A DNA stretch of 64,000 nt from a virus (lineage: Duplodnaviria; Caudoviricetes), in IMG/VR virus record IMGVR_UViG_2706796498_000001, positions 32,001 to 96,000 of that record; one strand, written 5' to 3'. Below, one piece after another: positions 47,892 through 57,708 of the stretch. The notes under the pieces are model-generated. The model had not been told where the DNA came from and did no database searches. It was given only the letters and a program-made list of their open reading frames with translations. Numbering within the stretch: the first letter of the stretch is position 1; each line of letters opens with the position of its first letter. Position numbers and translations under genes: made by a program.

Positions 47892-50885
47892 TTGAAAATT
47901 AAGGAAATTGAAGCGAAAAACTTTCGTTCTTACAGTAATTTAAAAGTCAGCTTAGAAAACTACCATGGTTTAACCCTACTATCCGCAGATAACGGGAGCG
48001 GCAAGGCACAACCATATTCAGAAAGAGTTATGACGCCTAGTGGTGTTACTACTATGGGCCAACTCAAGGTTGGCGATTATGTATATAACCGTTTTGGTAA
48101 GCCAGAACAGGTAACAAATATTTTTGAAAAAGGTAAACTAGATGTATATAGAGTTATTACAAGCGACGGTCGTAAAGTTCTTGTAAACAAAGACCATTTA
48201 TTTACTGTATATGATTCCAATGGGAAATTAAATAAAACTCTATCCATAGAGGATATGCTTAAACAGGGGCTATGGAAAGACAATCCTAGTAAGCATGGTT
48301 CTAAAGTATATAGGTATGCTATACCTATCAACGAAGCTATTGAATATCCCACTGCTAAAATTAATTATGACCCATATACTATTGGGGCATTATTAGGAGA
48401 CGGCTGTTTAGTTGATAAACATATTCAAATTTCCGCAGATGATAAGAAAAAGTTTATCCTAGATAAGATTGTAGCTAATAACCATTGTTTATCTGGGTAC
48501 AAGAGAAATTCAGAAAAAAACTATACTTGGGCTTTTAAACTGAGTAAACAACAAGGCAGTTATAAGGGTACTAGACACACGCACTACCTAGCCCAAAATG
48601 AAGATTTAAACCTACCAGAAGAAGTTGTTCAATATACCAAAGATAAATCCATACCTAGTGAGTTAATGTATGGTAGTATTAAGCAAAGGTATGAGCTAAT
48701 CAATGGTTTATTTGACACTGATGGTTCTGTTACCTTAGTAAAAAGTCGGAGTAATATTAGTTCAATTACTTTCTCTAGTGTGAATAAGACCTTAGTAGAC
48801 CAAGTAACTGAAATTTTGAGGTCATTGGGTTACTTAGTGTTTGTAAGCAAGGAAGATCGGCGTGGTAAAAAACACGCTAACAGTAACTACGCTTATAAAT
48901 CTATTGAATATACCATAAAGGCAAAAAGTACGTGGGAAAAAGAATGTAAGTTATTTACTATCCCAGATAAGTTAGATAAAGTAAAATCCTCTAAAAAGAC
49001 CCGTTATAAACATACTGATCGGGTAAAGATAGTGGAGGTTGATAAATTAGATTATCAGGAAAATATGCGTTGTATTATGGTAGATGATAAAGAACACCTT
49101 TATGTTTCTGGTGACTATGTAGTTAGTCATAATTCCTCTATTTATTTTGCCTTACTTTATGCTTTATATGGTAAGTGCCCTGATGGTACCAAAGCCGATG
49201 AGGTTATCAAACATGGTTCTAAGGGTGGTACCTTTACTCGGGTTAGTCTGGAAATTAATGGCAAAGACTATGAAGTTACTCGTTACCGTAAGGACAAGGA
49301 ATATAAGAATAAGGTAATTCTAACCTGTAATGGAGAAGATGTTACCTTGTCTACGGATAAGGAAACCAATGATAAGATCATTGATATTTTAGGTTTTAAA
49401 GAAGATACCTTACTTAATTCTCTGGTGTTCAGCCCAGAACAACTAAACACCTTTATTAATGCAACTGATAAGACTAAGAAAGCAATGTTGGAAGATCTAA
49501 CTAATATTGCAGTCTATCGGAAAGCATATGCCCTAGTTAAGGAAGATCTCAAGGAAGCTCAAGAGGGCCTCTCTAAGGCCCAAGAAGGCCAACAACATAT
49601 AATTGACCTAGGTAACTATCAAAAGGCCCTAGAGGAGCAATGGAAGCAAAATAAGGCTACTCTAGAGGGTCAAAAGAAGAAGTATCTCGATTATTTATCT
49701 CAAACTGATCAAGCTACCTTGGAAAAGGAAGTGGCTAGTCAAACTTATTTAGTTGATCATAACAAACAGGCGTTACTAACTCTTAATAATCAAATTGATA
49801 AGTTAGGAATTAACACAACTGCGCCCCACCTAAATGAATACAATCAGGCTCGTTCCCTGGCTGATCGAAAGTATAATGTTCAAAAGCATACCTACAATCA
49901 ATTACAAGAAATCTTTGCCCAGTTAAAGAAAGTTCAGAATACTCCCAATGCTATTTGTAGTTTATGCGGGAATGTTCTAGACGCCCAACATAAACAAGTT
50001 GAGATTACTAATCTCACTAAACAGTTACAAGAAGGGAAACAACAATACCTATCTCAAAAGGAAGAATATAATCAAGCCGAAGATAAAGCCCAACAAGTAA
50101 AAGCGATTGTTAATCAGGAGCAGGCTAGTGCTAAGGAAAGCCTGAATAAATTAAATCAACTTAACAGTCAAAAAGAAAAGATTAATGCACAGATGAGGCA
50201 AGTAACGTTAGCCCTACAACAAGCACAGCAACGGCTTAGCCAGTATCAAGAAAAACAAGGTGAATTTATTAGGTTAAATCAACAAGTAATTGAGAAGCCT
50301 AAAGAGTTATCCACTGACTATCACAGCCAAATGATTGAGGCACAAGATAAAGTTAATCAAGCTAAGAACAAGATTGAAAAACTGAATAAGCTAGAAGCTA
50401 TTTATTCAGACCGTGGGGTTAAGGCTCAAGCATTAAACCAAGTCGTTCCCTTCTTGAATGACCATCTTGCTAAAGCGTTGGATATTCTTACAGGAGGTGA
50501 AATCCAAGCAAGTATATCCTCGCAGACGACCACCAAAACCGGCAAGGTTAATAATAAGATTGATCTATCGGTTAACACACCTAAAGCTAAAAAGACGTAC
50601 CAAGAGCTTAGTTCGGGGGAAAAGCGGCGTGTAGGAATTTCACTGAACATTGCCTTCATGGAATACCTGCAAACCCAAATTGGCGGGGTTAATCTCGTTG
50701 TTTTGGACGAATTGTTTGATAACCTCGACCCTTCTGCGATCGAAGCTGTGGTAAATCTGCTGAGTAAGATCAGTAAAGACGATATGACGGTATTAGTCAT
50801 TAGCCACAATCCCGACTTGAAATATAATGATAGTTTTGATAATATTATTAATATCAATGACAACAACGGGAAGTTAGAACTGTAA
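47892..50885 (+). CDS. sbcC: SbcC/Rad50-like ATPase interrupted by an intein
   Basis: NFRSY; Walker A NGSGK|SS split by the intein; CSLC zinc hook; LSSGEKRR signature; LDELFDNLD; VISH. Confidence 0.9.
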   Translation: MKIKEIEAKNFRSYSNLKVSLENYHGLTLLSADNGSGKAQPYSERVMTPSGVTTMGQLKVGDYVYNRFGKPEQVTNIFEKGKLDVYRVITSDGRKVLVNKDHLFTVYDSNGKLNKTLSIEDMLKQGLWKDNPSKHGSKVYRYAIPINEAIEYPTAKINYDPYTIGALLGDGCLVDKHIQISADDKKKFILDKIVANNHCLSGYKRNSEKNYTWAFKLSKQQGSYKGTRHTHYLAQNEDLNLPEEVVQYTKDKSIPSELMYGSIKQRYELINGLFDTDGSVTLVKSRSNISSITFSSVNKTLVDQVTEILRSLGYLVFVSKEDRRGKKHANSNYAYKSIEYTIKAKSTWEKECKLFTIPDKLDKVKSSKKTRYKHTDRVKIVEVDKLDYQENMRCIMVDDKEHLYVSGDYVVSHNSSIYFALLYALYGKCPDGTKADEVIKHGSKGGTFTRVSLEINGKDYEVTRYRKDKEYKNKVILTCNGEDVTLSTDKETNDKIIDILGFKEDTLLNSLVFSPEQLNTFINATDKTKKAMLEDLTNIAVYRKAYALVKEDLKEAQEGLSKAQEGQQHIIDLGNYQKALEEQWKQNKATLEGQKKKYLDYLSQTDQATLEKEVASQTYLVDHNKQALLTLNNQIDKLGINTTAPHLNEYNQARSLADRKYNVQKHTYNQLQEIFAQLKKVQNTPNAICSLCGNVLDAQHKQVEITNLTKQLQEGKQQYLSQKEEYNQAEDKAQQVKAIVNQEQASAKESLNKLNQLNSQKEKINAQMRQVTLALQQAQQRLSQYQEKQGEFIRLNQQVIEKPKELSTDYHSQMIEAQDKVNQAKNKIEKLNKLEAIYSDRGVKAQALNQVVPFLNDHLAKALDILTGGEIQASISSQTTTKTGKVNNKIDLSVNTPKAKKTYQELSSGEKRRVGISLNIAFMEYLQTQIGGVNLVVLDELFDNLDPSAIEAVVNLLSKISKDDMTVLVISHNPDLKYNDSFDNIININDNNGKLEL
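48006..49133 (+). mobile_element. Intein (376 aa, Ala-initiated) with LAGLIDADG homing endonuclease
   Basis: Starts AQPYSERVMTPSG; block B NKDHLF; GALLGDGC and LINGLFDTDGS; block F MRCIMVD; ends VVSHN with Ser at +1. Confidence 0.92.
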
Positions 50886-50899
50886 GGAGGATTATTTAA

Positions 50900-51514
50900 A
50901 TGGGTATTTTGACTACGACTAATAGTTTGAGGACGAGGGCCATCATAGATCAAGGCACGGTAAAGCTATTGGTGTCCTGCGCTAGTAAAGATCGACAGGA
51001 CACAGTGGTTTTGCCTATTAGTGTTGGCAACTACTGGTACCCTTTGTCGCCCTACCTAGACTTTCGATACAGCAATACGTATAAGCATATTATTTTATTC
51101 TTAGACGCACACACTAGTCAGGAATTTAAGGGCTTGTTTTACCTTAAAGACAAGGGCCGCTATCCTTTTCTAGAGGAATTATATGATTATAAGAATAATG
51201 TTCCCGGTATTTATGATAGTGTTTTAACACTTAATCTAGGTTTAACTACTAAGTTTAAGAGTATGGGTTTAGCTACATGGGACGAATACTATAACCAAAA
51301 AATGGTTAAGGATAACTTTACCTTGTTATCAAACACTTTAAATGAATTAGAGAATACCATCTTTGAACGGCAAGACAACTTAGCGCCACAGACTAAGAAC
51401 CTCTTAAAGTTTGCGACTAAAGAAGAACAAAGGTCTTTAATGGATTTAGGAATGGCGTATCGAATGAACAGTTATATGCAAAAGATAGTTAAGGTACGTG
51501 ATCGTTATGAATAG
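50900..51514 (+). CDS. Hypothetical protein (syntenic with Twort-like sigma-binding protein)
   Basis: ~200 aa between sbcC and primase; position only. Confidence 0.5.
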   Translation: MGILTTTNSLRTRAIIDQGTVKLLVSCASKDRQDTVVLPISVGNYWYPLSPYLDFRYSNTYKHIILFLDAHTSQEFKGLFYLKDKGRYPFLEELYDYKNNVPGIYDSVLTLNLGLTTKFKSMGLATWDEYYNQKMVKDNFTLLSNTLNELENTIFERQDNLAPQTKNLLKFATKEEQRSLMDLGMAYRMNSYMQKIVKVRDRYE

Positions 51515-52556
51515 TCAATTAAGTAAGGATCAGCAGGCTTTGGTGGACTACCTTGGTCTGAATGATTTTAATCTATCTGGGGGCAACCAACTTAACTTTA
51601 ACTGCCCCTTTTGTGACGACCACCGTAAAAAGATGTATGTATCCCCCAAGGGTAAGTTTATCTGTTTCCTATGTGAAACTAGGGGTAACTCGATTGTTAG
51701 TTTTATCTCCCAATTAGATAAGATTTCATATCAGGAAGCTACTAGCGCATTAAGAGATTATGGCTTAGATCATCAAGTAAGTTATAAGCAACCCGGTAGC
51801 ACTTTGCTGGGTTCACTGATCCGTATCAAAGGTCAACAAAAAGTTGCTAAGCCTAAGCCAATGGAAATGATTCCTCTACCAACTAACTGTTATCTATTAA
51901 AGGAACACAGCCCAATAACTGAACCATTCTTCCAGTATTTATATAAACGGGGTATGACCGATCAGGAGATTATAAATTATCAGGTCTGTTATGTAGTTAA
52001 GGGTCTAGTCAAAACTAAGAATAAGTCCTTTTACATTAATAATCAGGTAGTCTTTATTACCTTTGATAGTAATGGTAGGGCTATTTATTGGAATACTAGG
52101 TCAATTGATTCAAACCCCTATATCAAGTCTTTTAACGGGGTAGCGATTAATGACCACCAACACACTAAGAAGAATACTATCTTTAACCTTAATCGAACCG
52201 ATAACCATATTATGGTGGTCTGTGAAGGGGTGTTTAACGCCTTAACCTGCACCCAAGGCGATTATGTAGGAGTAGCAACCTTTGGTAAGAATATATCAGA
52301 TGAACAGGTTAATATGATTATTAATTCTCGGGCTACTGCTGTCTATTTATTCTTAGATAATGATGCTAAACAACAAACATTTCAACTATATAAGCGTCTT
52401 TTAAATAAGGGCCTTTCCAAGCCTTTAAAGATAGTGTATAATGCTAGTATAGATCAAGACGCTAACGACTTAGGCAAGGTTAAAGTAAAAGAATTACTTG
52501 ACCAAGCTAGGGACGTTAATCTTGCTAGTGTACTAAATATGTTAGGGGGACGATAG
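51507..52556 (+). CDS. dnaG: DNA primase
   Basis: CPFC...CFLC zinc finger; CEGVFNA, ATFGK and LDND TOPRIM motifs; DANDLG. Confidence 0.9.
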   Translation: MNSQLSKDQQALVDYLGLNDFNLSGGNQLNFNCPFCDDHRKKMYVSPKGKFICFLCETRGNSIVSFISQLDKISYQEATSALRDYGLDHQVSYKQPGSTLLGSLIRIKGQQKVAKPKPMEMIPLPTNCYLLKEHSPITEPFFQYLYKRGMTDQEIINYQVCYVVKGLVKTKNKSFYINNQVVFITFDSNGRAIYWNTRSIDSNPYIKSFNGVAINDHQHTKKNTIFNLNRTDNHIMVVCEGVFNALTCTQGDYVGVATFGKNISDEQVNMIINSRATAVYLFLDNDAKQQTFQLYKRLLNKGLSKPLKIVYNASIDQDANDLGKVKVKELLDQARDVNLASVLNMLGGR

Positions 52557-52557
52557 A

Positions 52558-52911
52558 ATGGCGAATCAAACGCCGTTGAGAATGCTTTCCGCGGTTGCTT
52601 TCATTGATTATGTGCATATCAAGCACCAAGTCGAAAAGCTAGATCATGATAAGGTCACTCAAGCGGTGGGCCAACATGATAAAGACAAGGTTGAGTATGG
52701 CGAAGCCTATGAAGTTTTAGAAGAATATCTAGCGGAAGCTCAACATTATAGCGATAGTTTAATTAGTTACACCAATTCATTAATTTCTAGTCTGTGTTCC
52801 ATGATGGTTAGTAAAGGAATTATGACTGAACAAGAAGTTAACGAAATGGTAGACGTTACCCAAAAGATTTGGGAAAGCCAATTAAAAAGTGAGGACAACA
52901 ATAATGAATAA
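52558..52911 (+). CDS. Hypothetical protein
   Basis: Operon context. Confidence 0.6.
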   Translation: MANQTPLRMLSAVAFIDYVHIKHQVEKLDHDKVTQAVGQHDKDKVEYGEAYEVLEEYLAEAQHYSDSLISYTNSLISSLCSMMVSKGIMTEQEVNEMVDVTQKIWESQLKSEDNNNE

Positions 52912-53224
52912 AGATTTACCAGAATTAGACAAGAAGCGTAACATTATCTTTACTATTACCGATGGGGATAAGGATCACACCGATGTACAGATTGCCGCCA
53001 ATGGTTATGGGGTCGTTCCTGAATCTGAAAAGGTGAGTGATGTCGAAAAGGACACTAATAAGTTACGTATTTCCAAGATGATCACGGAATCAATCTATGC
53101 TTTTACTATCTTTATGGACGACTTAGGTTTAGATAAGAAGTATGTATTAGATACCGTTGACAAGATTTATGGTCAACTTCATCAAGACGATCAAGAGGAT
53201 CAAGGGGATCAAGGGGATAAGTAA
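52904..53224 (+). CDS. Hypothetical protein
   Basis: RBS GAGG; operon context. Confidence 0.6.
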   Translation: MNKDLPELDKKRNIIFTITDGDKDHTDVQIAANGYGVVPESEKVSDVEKDTNKLRISKMITESIYAFTIFMDDLGLDKKYVLDTVDKIYGQLHQDDQEDQGDQGDK

Positions 53225-53226
53225 TA

Positions 53227-53925
53227 ATGCCAGTATCATTAATTAAGTCTTTTAAGGATTGTTTAAAGGCTAATGGGTTAAATGAACTTGCTAAGGCAGT
53301 TTCTAGTAAGGACATTTCACCAGTTACCCCTAATCAATTAGTTGACCAATATGGCTTAGACGTTTTAACTAATACTAGCAAAGAAGATTTATTAATTGAT
53401 GAAGAAGATTTATTGAAGGATTTCACAGAAATGGTATTGAACTTTGACCATGTAGTTTTAAAGTTGGTACCATCACATGATTTTAGTGAAGAAAATCTAG
53501 CTTCATTACTACGATCTTTCATTTTAAAGAGTGAAGAGATTAAGAACAACTATTCCTCTTTATTTAAAGAGTCCCTTAATATAGACTACTATTTAGCTGG
53601 TAAGTATGACAAGGGTCAGTTAGGTATCTTTGCAGTTCGGGGTAAGAAAGGTCATTATTTTATCTTTTATAGCAAACAGGTTAATTTACTAACCCAGGCT
53701 GATTTAGATAAGTTAGTCAAAAATATGTTTTCTGACAAGGAATATAGCCTAGAGGAAATTAAGAATCTACAAGAGTGGGCTAATCAATTACAAGTAGTTT
53801 ATAAAGATAATAAGAAGTATCTGAATAGCTTGTTGGAATTAACAAGAAATCGTGTTTTATATGACCCAGACGCACAGAAGATTTTCAAACTGGTCTCAGA
53901 ATCACAATTACTGTTAGATAATTAG
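53227..53925 (+). CDS. Hypothetical protein
   Basis: Operon context; terminator at ~53929-53958. Confidence 0.6.
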   Translation: MPVSLIKSFKDCLKANGLNELAKAVSSKDISPVTPNQLVDQYGLDVLTNTSKEDLLIDEEDLLKDFTEMVLNFDHVVLKLVPSHDFSEENLASLLRSFILKSEEIKNNYSSLFKESLNIDYYLAGKYDKGQLGIFAVRGKKGHYFIFYSKQVNLLTQADLDKLVKNMFSDKEYSLEEIKNLQEWANQLQVVYKDNKKYLNSLLELTRNRVLYDPDAQKIFKLVSESQLLLDN

Positions 53926-54004
53926 CCGAAGCCCTGCTAAGTAAGCAGGGTTTTGTTTTATCGTTTTTTGATATAATAGATTTAAACTATGAAAGGAAAA
54001 AGAA

Positions 54005-54652
54005 ATGCAAGGAAAGGGACGAGTCTCAAAGGGAAAGAATTACGAACGTAGAGTAGCCAGGGAACTCTCACAAGCATTCAAAACTGATGTAGAAAGAACA
54101 GGGGGGAGTGGCGCTTATCGAGGAATCCAGACCGAATATAATAAATCCGAAGATGAGGGTAAGGTTGGTTTTGTCGGAGATCTTTTCTTTCCCAACGATC
54201 ACCCACTAAGCATTTTTAATTATGAACTAAAGAACCATGATAAAGTTCGATTAACTAATATCTTTAACAATAATGGAGAAATCCCATCTTTCCTAGAACA
54301 GGTCATTACTGATAGTAATCGGCTAGGTGGAGTTGGTGCTACTGCTCCTTGTCTGATTATCCATGTTACACGGGAGGACGATTACGTGGTATTCCCTTAT
54401 AATGCTAATGTTTATCGTGCTCTAGTAACTAAGGGGCCCGTAATGATTAAAGTAATGAGTTTCTACCAGAAGCGTACAGAACTAACCTATCGTTATCAAA
54501 TGTTAATAACAAATTTAGCTACGTTTGAACAGGTAAACCCAGAACAAATTCAGCAGGTTTATTCTAAGTTAGATTGGGACGTTTTAAACCATGATTTAAA
54601 GCCAGTTAATCATGAAGTTGATTATGATGATTTAGTTGATAATATTAAATAA
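54005..54652 (+). CDS. Holliday junction resolvase (PD-(D/E)XK)
   Basis: SKGKNYERRVA, RTGGSGA, VGDL and YELKN. Confidence 0.8.
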   Translation: MQGKGRVSKGKNYERRVARELSQAFKTDVERTGGSGAYRGIQTEYNKSEDEGKVGFVGDLFFPNDHPLSIFNYELKNHDKVRLTNIFNNNGEIPSFLEQVITDSNRLGGVGATAPCLIIHVTREDDYVVFPYNANVYRALVTKGPVMIKVMSFYQKRTELTYRYQMLITNLATFEQVNPEQIQQVYSKLDWDVLNHDLKPVNHEVDYDDLVDNIK

Positions 54653-54654
54653 CT

Positions 54655-55263
54655 ATGCGATTAAGAAAACAAGTAAACATTGATAACACATTTAGGGTTT
54701 TGAATCTCAATTTTTATGATACAAATAATGCGATTGTATTAAATAAAGAAAATATGGCTAAGATTAAGCAAGCCCTAAAGAACCAAGATGAGGTCACTTA
54801 TGTAGTAGATCATTTTAATAGTTATGTAAGGCAACAAAAGGCCATCTATGAAAGTGGTCAACGGGTAATTCTACATACTAAGACAGTTATTCCAGTCCAT
54901 GTATTCTTAGCAGTCGGGACGAACCGTAAGTCTTATTATGTATACGAATTACATGATTTTACCCAGAAAGAGTTACAAAATATGCAAACTGCTAGTGCAG
55001 TATCAACGGTAGCGATTGAGATCAACCATATTAATTCTAAAACTAATTTAAGAGAGTTGTTGTTCCAGTTAAACGATACTCGTTATATTGCCGATCAGGT
55101 CTTGCTTAATTTTGATGATGAAACCGATGTAGCCTTGATTAATGCTGTCTTTGATTACTTCCATGAGATTTTAGCTAGGTGGAAGTTACAGTTATTTATT
55201 CGTATGAATGACAAAGAACAAAAGAATCAGTTGCGATCAGATATTATTGCACGCTATAAATAA
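54655..55263 (+). CDS. Hypothetical protein
   Basis: Operon context. Confidence 0.6.
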   Translation: MRLRKQVNIDNTFRVLNLNFYDTNNAIVLNKENMAKIKQALKNQDEVTYVVDHFNSYVRQQKAIYESGQRVILHTKTVIPVHVFLAVGTNRKSYYVYELHDFTQKELQNMQTASAVSTVAIEINHINSKTNLRELLFQLNDTRYIADQVLLNFDDETDVALINAVFDYFHEILARWKLQLFIRMNDKEQKNQLRSDIIARYK

Positions 55264-55274
55264 CTAAAAAACTA

Positions 55275-55304
55275 TTGACAACCCCCACTTGTTGGGGGTA
55301 TTAT
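55275..55304 (+). promoter_or_regulatory. Sigma-A-type promoter with palindromic spacer
   Basis: TTGACA...TATTAT; the spacer ACCCCCACTTGTTGGGGGT is an inverted repeat. Confidence 0.55.
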
Positions 55305-55334
55305 TATGTCATCGAAAGGAAAGGAGATCTAGTC

Positions 55335-55802
55335 ATGAACAATGAGATCATTCAAGACGCAATGCAACCAATTGGCTATATCAACGAACATGGGGAAGCA
55401 GTAACGTTAAACCCCGAAGAATTGTTGAATATAGATAACCAAAACCTAAATGTGTCTAAACTAGCTAATGACTACTTTATTGTAGCTCGGTTGGCTGAAC
55501 GTAAGGCTTTGGAAACGTCTGATTTAAAGACCCAGTTAGAAGCATTGCAAGGGAGTTTGTATGCTAACTATTTAAATAACGAAGGGCTAAAGAAGATGAA
55601 TGGGGGTAAGAAGCCAACTGAAACTATGTTAACTTCTGCAATTAATACTACCAAGTCTTACCAAGAGCTAATGGTAAAGATTAACCGTGCTGACTATCAA
55701 ACTCGGGTATTAAAGTGGTTATGTAAGGCTTTAGAGATGAAGTCTAATCTTTACCAAACGCTTAGTGCTAACAATCGGGCAGAACGGAAGGTGGAACACT
55801 AA
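55335..55802 (+). CDS. Helical protein, UvsY-like recombination mediator candidate
   Basis: KKPTE.ML and LKWLCKALEMK..L.Q.LSAN.R pattern; RBS AAGGAG. Confidence 0.5.
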   Translation: MNNEIIQDAMQPIGYINEHGEAVTLNPEELLNIDNQNLNVSKLANDYFIVARLAERKALETSDLKTQLEALQGSLYANYLNNEGLKKMNGGKKPTETMLTSAINTTKSYQELMVKINRADYQTRVLKWLCKALEMKSNLYQTLSANNRAERKVEH

Positions 55803-56437
55803 TGGATAGTTACAATGATACTTTTGATTCTAATTTAACAGCAGTTGAAAATTGGGTTGAAGATGTAGCAACCCAGTATCTCGAAACGAAGGATAGTTTT
55901 GTTCAAATCTATTCACCAGATCAGACGTACCTTCGTCTATATCATAAGTTGCCTAGTGATCTTAATAATGAAGAAGTTACTAGTTACTTCCTGATTAAGA
56001 CTAGGGAAAATGTTCATCTACTAATGCGTCAACTGTATAGTGAAGATGACGCTTTATACACGCAGGACGTTTCTTATGTAGAAGCCTTAACCACGAATAT
56101 GTTCCTTAACACCTTGGAAATTATGCACCTTTTGCTAGATGAACGACCAATGGAACTAGATGAATTTAAAGAAGAACTAACCGCACTTGTTGGGATTCTA
56201 AAGGCTAAGAATCATGACTATGGTTCGTCTACCCATGACACGGTAGAGTTGTTTGGAATGGTACCGTCTTATGGAGTACGTATTATTGATAAGCTCAACC
56301 GAATTAAGTCACTTGCCTTTGGTACAGACCCACGGGTTAATGAATCATTACAAGATACTTTAGTTGACTTAGCAGGTTACTTGTTATTATTCCTAGTTGA
56401 AATTGAATACCAATTACAGGTTGCAAAAGACGAGTAA
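55802..56437 (+). CDS. Protein with C-terminal DUF1599 (nucleotide-modification-associated domain 1)
   Basis: KNHDYGSS...VRIIDKLNRI...NESLQDTLVDLAGY. Confidence 0.75.
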   Translation: MDSYNDTFDSNLTAVENWVEDVATQYLETKDSFVQIYSPDQTYLRLYHKLPSDLNNEEVTSYFLIKTRENVHLLMRQLYSEDDALYTQDVSYVEALTTNMFLNTLEIMHLLLDERPMELDEFKEELTALVGILKAKNHDYGSSTHDTVELFGMVPSYGVRIIDKLNRIKSLAFGTDPRVNESLQDTLVDLAGYLLLFLVEIEYQLQVAKDE

Positions 56438-56449
56438 CTGTTGTATACT
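56421..56449 (+). promoter_or_regulatory. Sigma-A-type promoter
   Basis: TTGCAA-17 nt-TATACT. Confidence 0.6.
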
Positions 56450-56478
56450 TAGGACATATTAAAAGGAGGAATTAAATC

Positions 56479-57657
56479 ATGTCATTTGAAGAACAGATTG
56501 AAGCCATTTTAGGCGATACACACAATACGCAACAACAACAAAACAATTTCCGGGCAATCAACATTGGTAAGACGCCGTTCGTTGGTCGTATTCTCCCCTT
56601 GGAAGAAGGCGAGTTTCCCTTTGTTTCATACACCCGTTCATGGTTAAGCTACACGAATCGTCAAGGAGAACCAACTAGCATTCCAGTTATCTTTGATCGG
56701 ACTAACCCTAACGATGTATTGGGAAAGTTGATTGCTAACGTATTCTTTTACAACCGGTCACAAATGAAGGCTACTGGTAGTAATGAAGAAGCTATTAAGA
56801 TTAGTAGTGGGCGCTTTGGCCTACAAATGCAAGAACGCTCAACCTTCCTTGGGGTTCGAGTTGGGCCTAACCAACAAGGGGCCTATGTAGAAGAAATCGA
56901 TGGCAATACCAACCAAGAAGTCATCAACGCTTTCGATATTTCTCATGGTATGCTTCGTAACTTAGTAGAGTTACTCAAGCCAAGTGTTCCATATATGAAC
57001 AACCAAGGACAACCATTGTTTAACACCCCACTACAATTTATTAGTGCAGGTCAAACATTCCCCGTTGAACTCAAGTCTACCCAAGGTTCAGACCGCCACT
57101 GGTCTAGCACGGCTAATGCTTTGAATCAGATTGCATTACCACCAATGTCCTTTAACTACTTGGAAAAGGAACAGGACGGTAGCTACAAGTATATCCCTAA
57201 TCTTGCACAGGAACTCCGTCCTCTGTTAGAAACTAATCCTACTTTCTATGAAAAGGTATATAACTACGTTAAGGAAAGCGTAGATACACAGATGAACAAG
57301 TTGGGGATTACTACTTTAGATACCCGTAACCAAACACAGGCACCACAAGCACAAGGATTTACTCCTAGCCAACCAAGTCCGGCCCCACAGCCAAGTATGA
57401 ATACTAATAGTGTTCCTCAAGCCCCTAACTTTGGAAGCCAAGCACCAACCCAACAAGCTCCTAGTTTTGGGGGTCAAGCACCAACACCACAAACCCCTAA
57501 CTTTAGCAACAGTCCCGCTTCCAATGAACAACCTTTTGCCGGTAATCAAACTACAATGTCAGATGATGATCTACCTTTTAGTAATACAAACCAACCGTCT
57601 GATGGGAGTCAACTGGAAAGCAGTCAATCGCTAGATGATTTCTTAGACAACATTTAA
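56479..57657 (+). CDS. Putative single-stranded DNA-binding protein
   Basis: GRILP motif, Q/P-rich linker and acidic tail (DDDLPF...LDDFLDNI); lies upstream of recA as in Twort-like phages. Confidence 0.7.
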   Translation: MSFEEQIEAILGDTHNTQQQQNNFRAINIGKTPFVGRILPLEEGEFPFVSYTRSWLSYTNRQGEPTSIPVIFDRTNPNDVLGKLIANVFFYNRSQMKATGSNEEAIKISSGRFGLQMQERSTFLGVRVGPNQQGAYVEEIDGNTNQEVINAFDISHGMLRNLVELLKPSVPYMNNQGQPLFNTPLQFISAGQTFPVELKSTQGSDRHWSSTANALNQIALPPMSFNYLEKEQDGSYKYIPNLAQELRPLLETNPTFYEKVYNYVKESVDTQMNKLGITTLDTRNQTQAPQAQGFTPSQPSPAPQPSMNTNSVPQAPNFGSQAPTQQAPSFGGQAPTPQTPNFSNSPASNEQPFAGNQTTMSDDDLPFSNTNQPSDGSQLESSQSLDDFLDNI

Positions 57658-57665
57658 CAAAATTT

Positions 57666-57695
57666 AAGGCTACCGCTTAGGCGGGGGCTTTTTTA
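57666..57695 (+). terminator. Intrinsic terminator
   Basis: AAGGCTACCGCTTAGGCGGGGGCTTTTTT. Confidence 0.6.
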
Positions 57696-57708
57696 TTAGG
57701 GGATCAAA

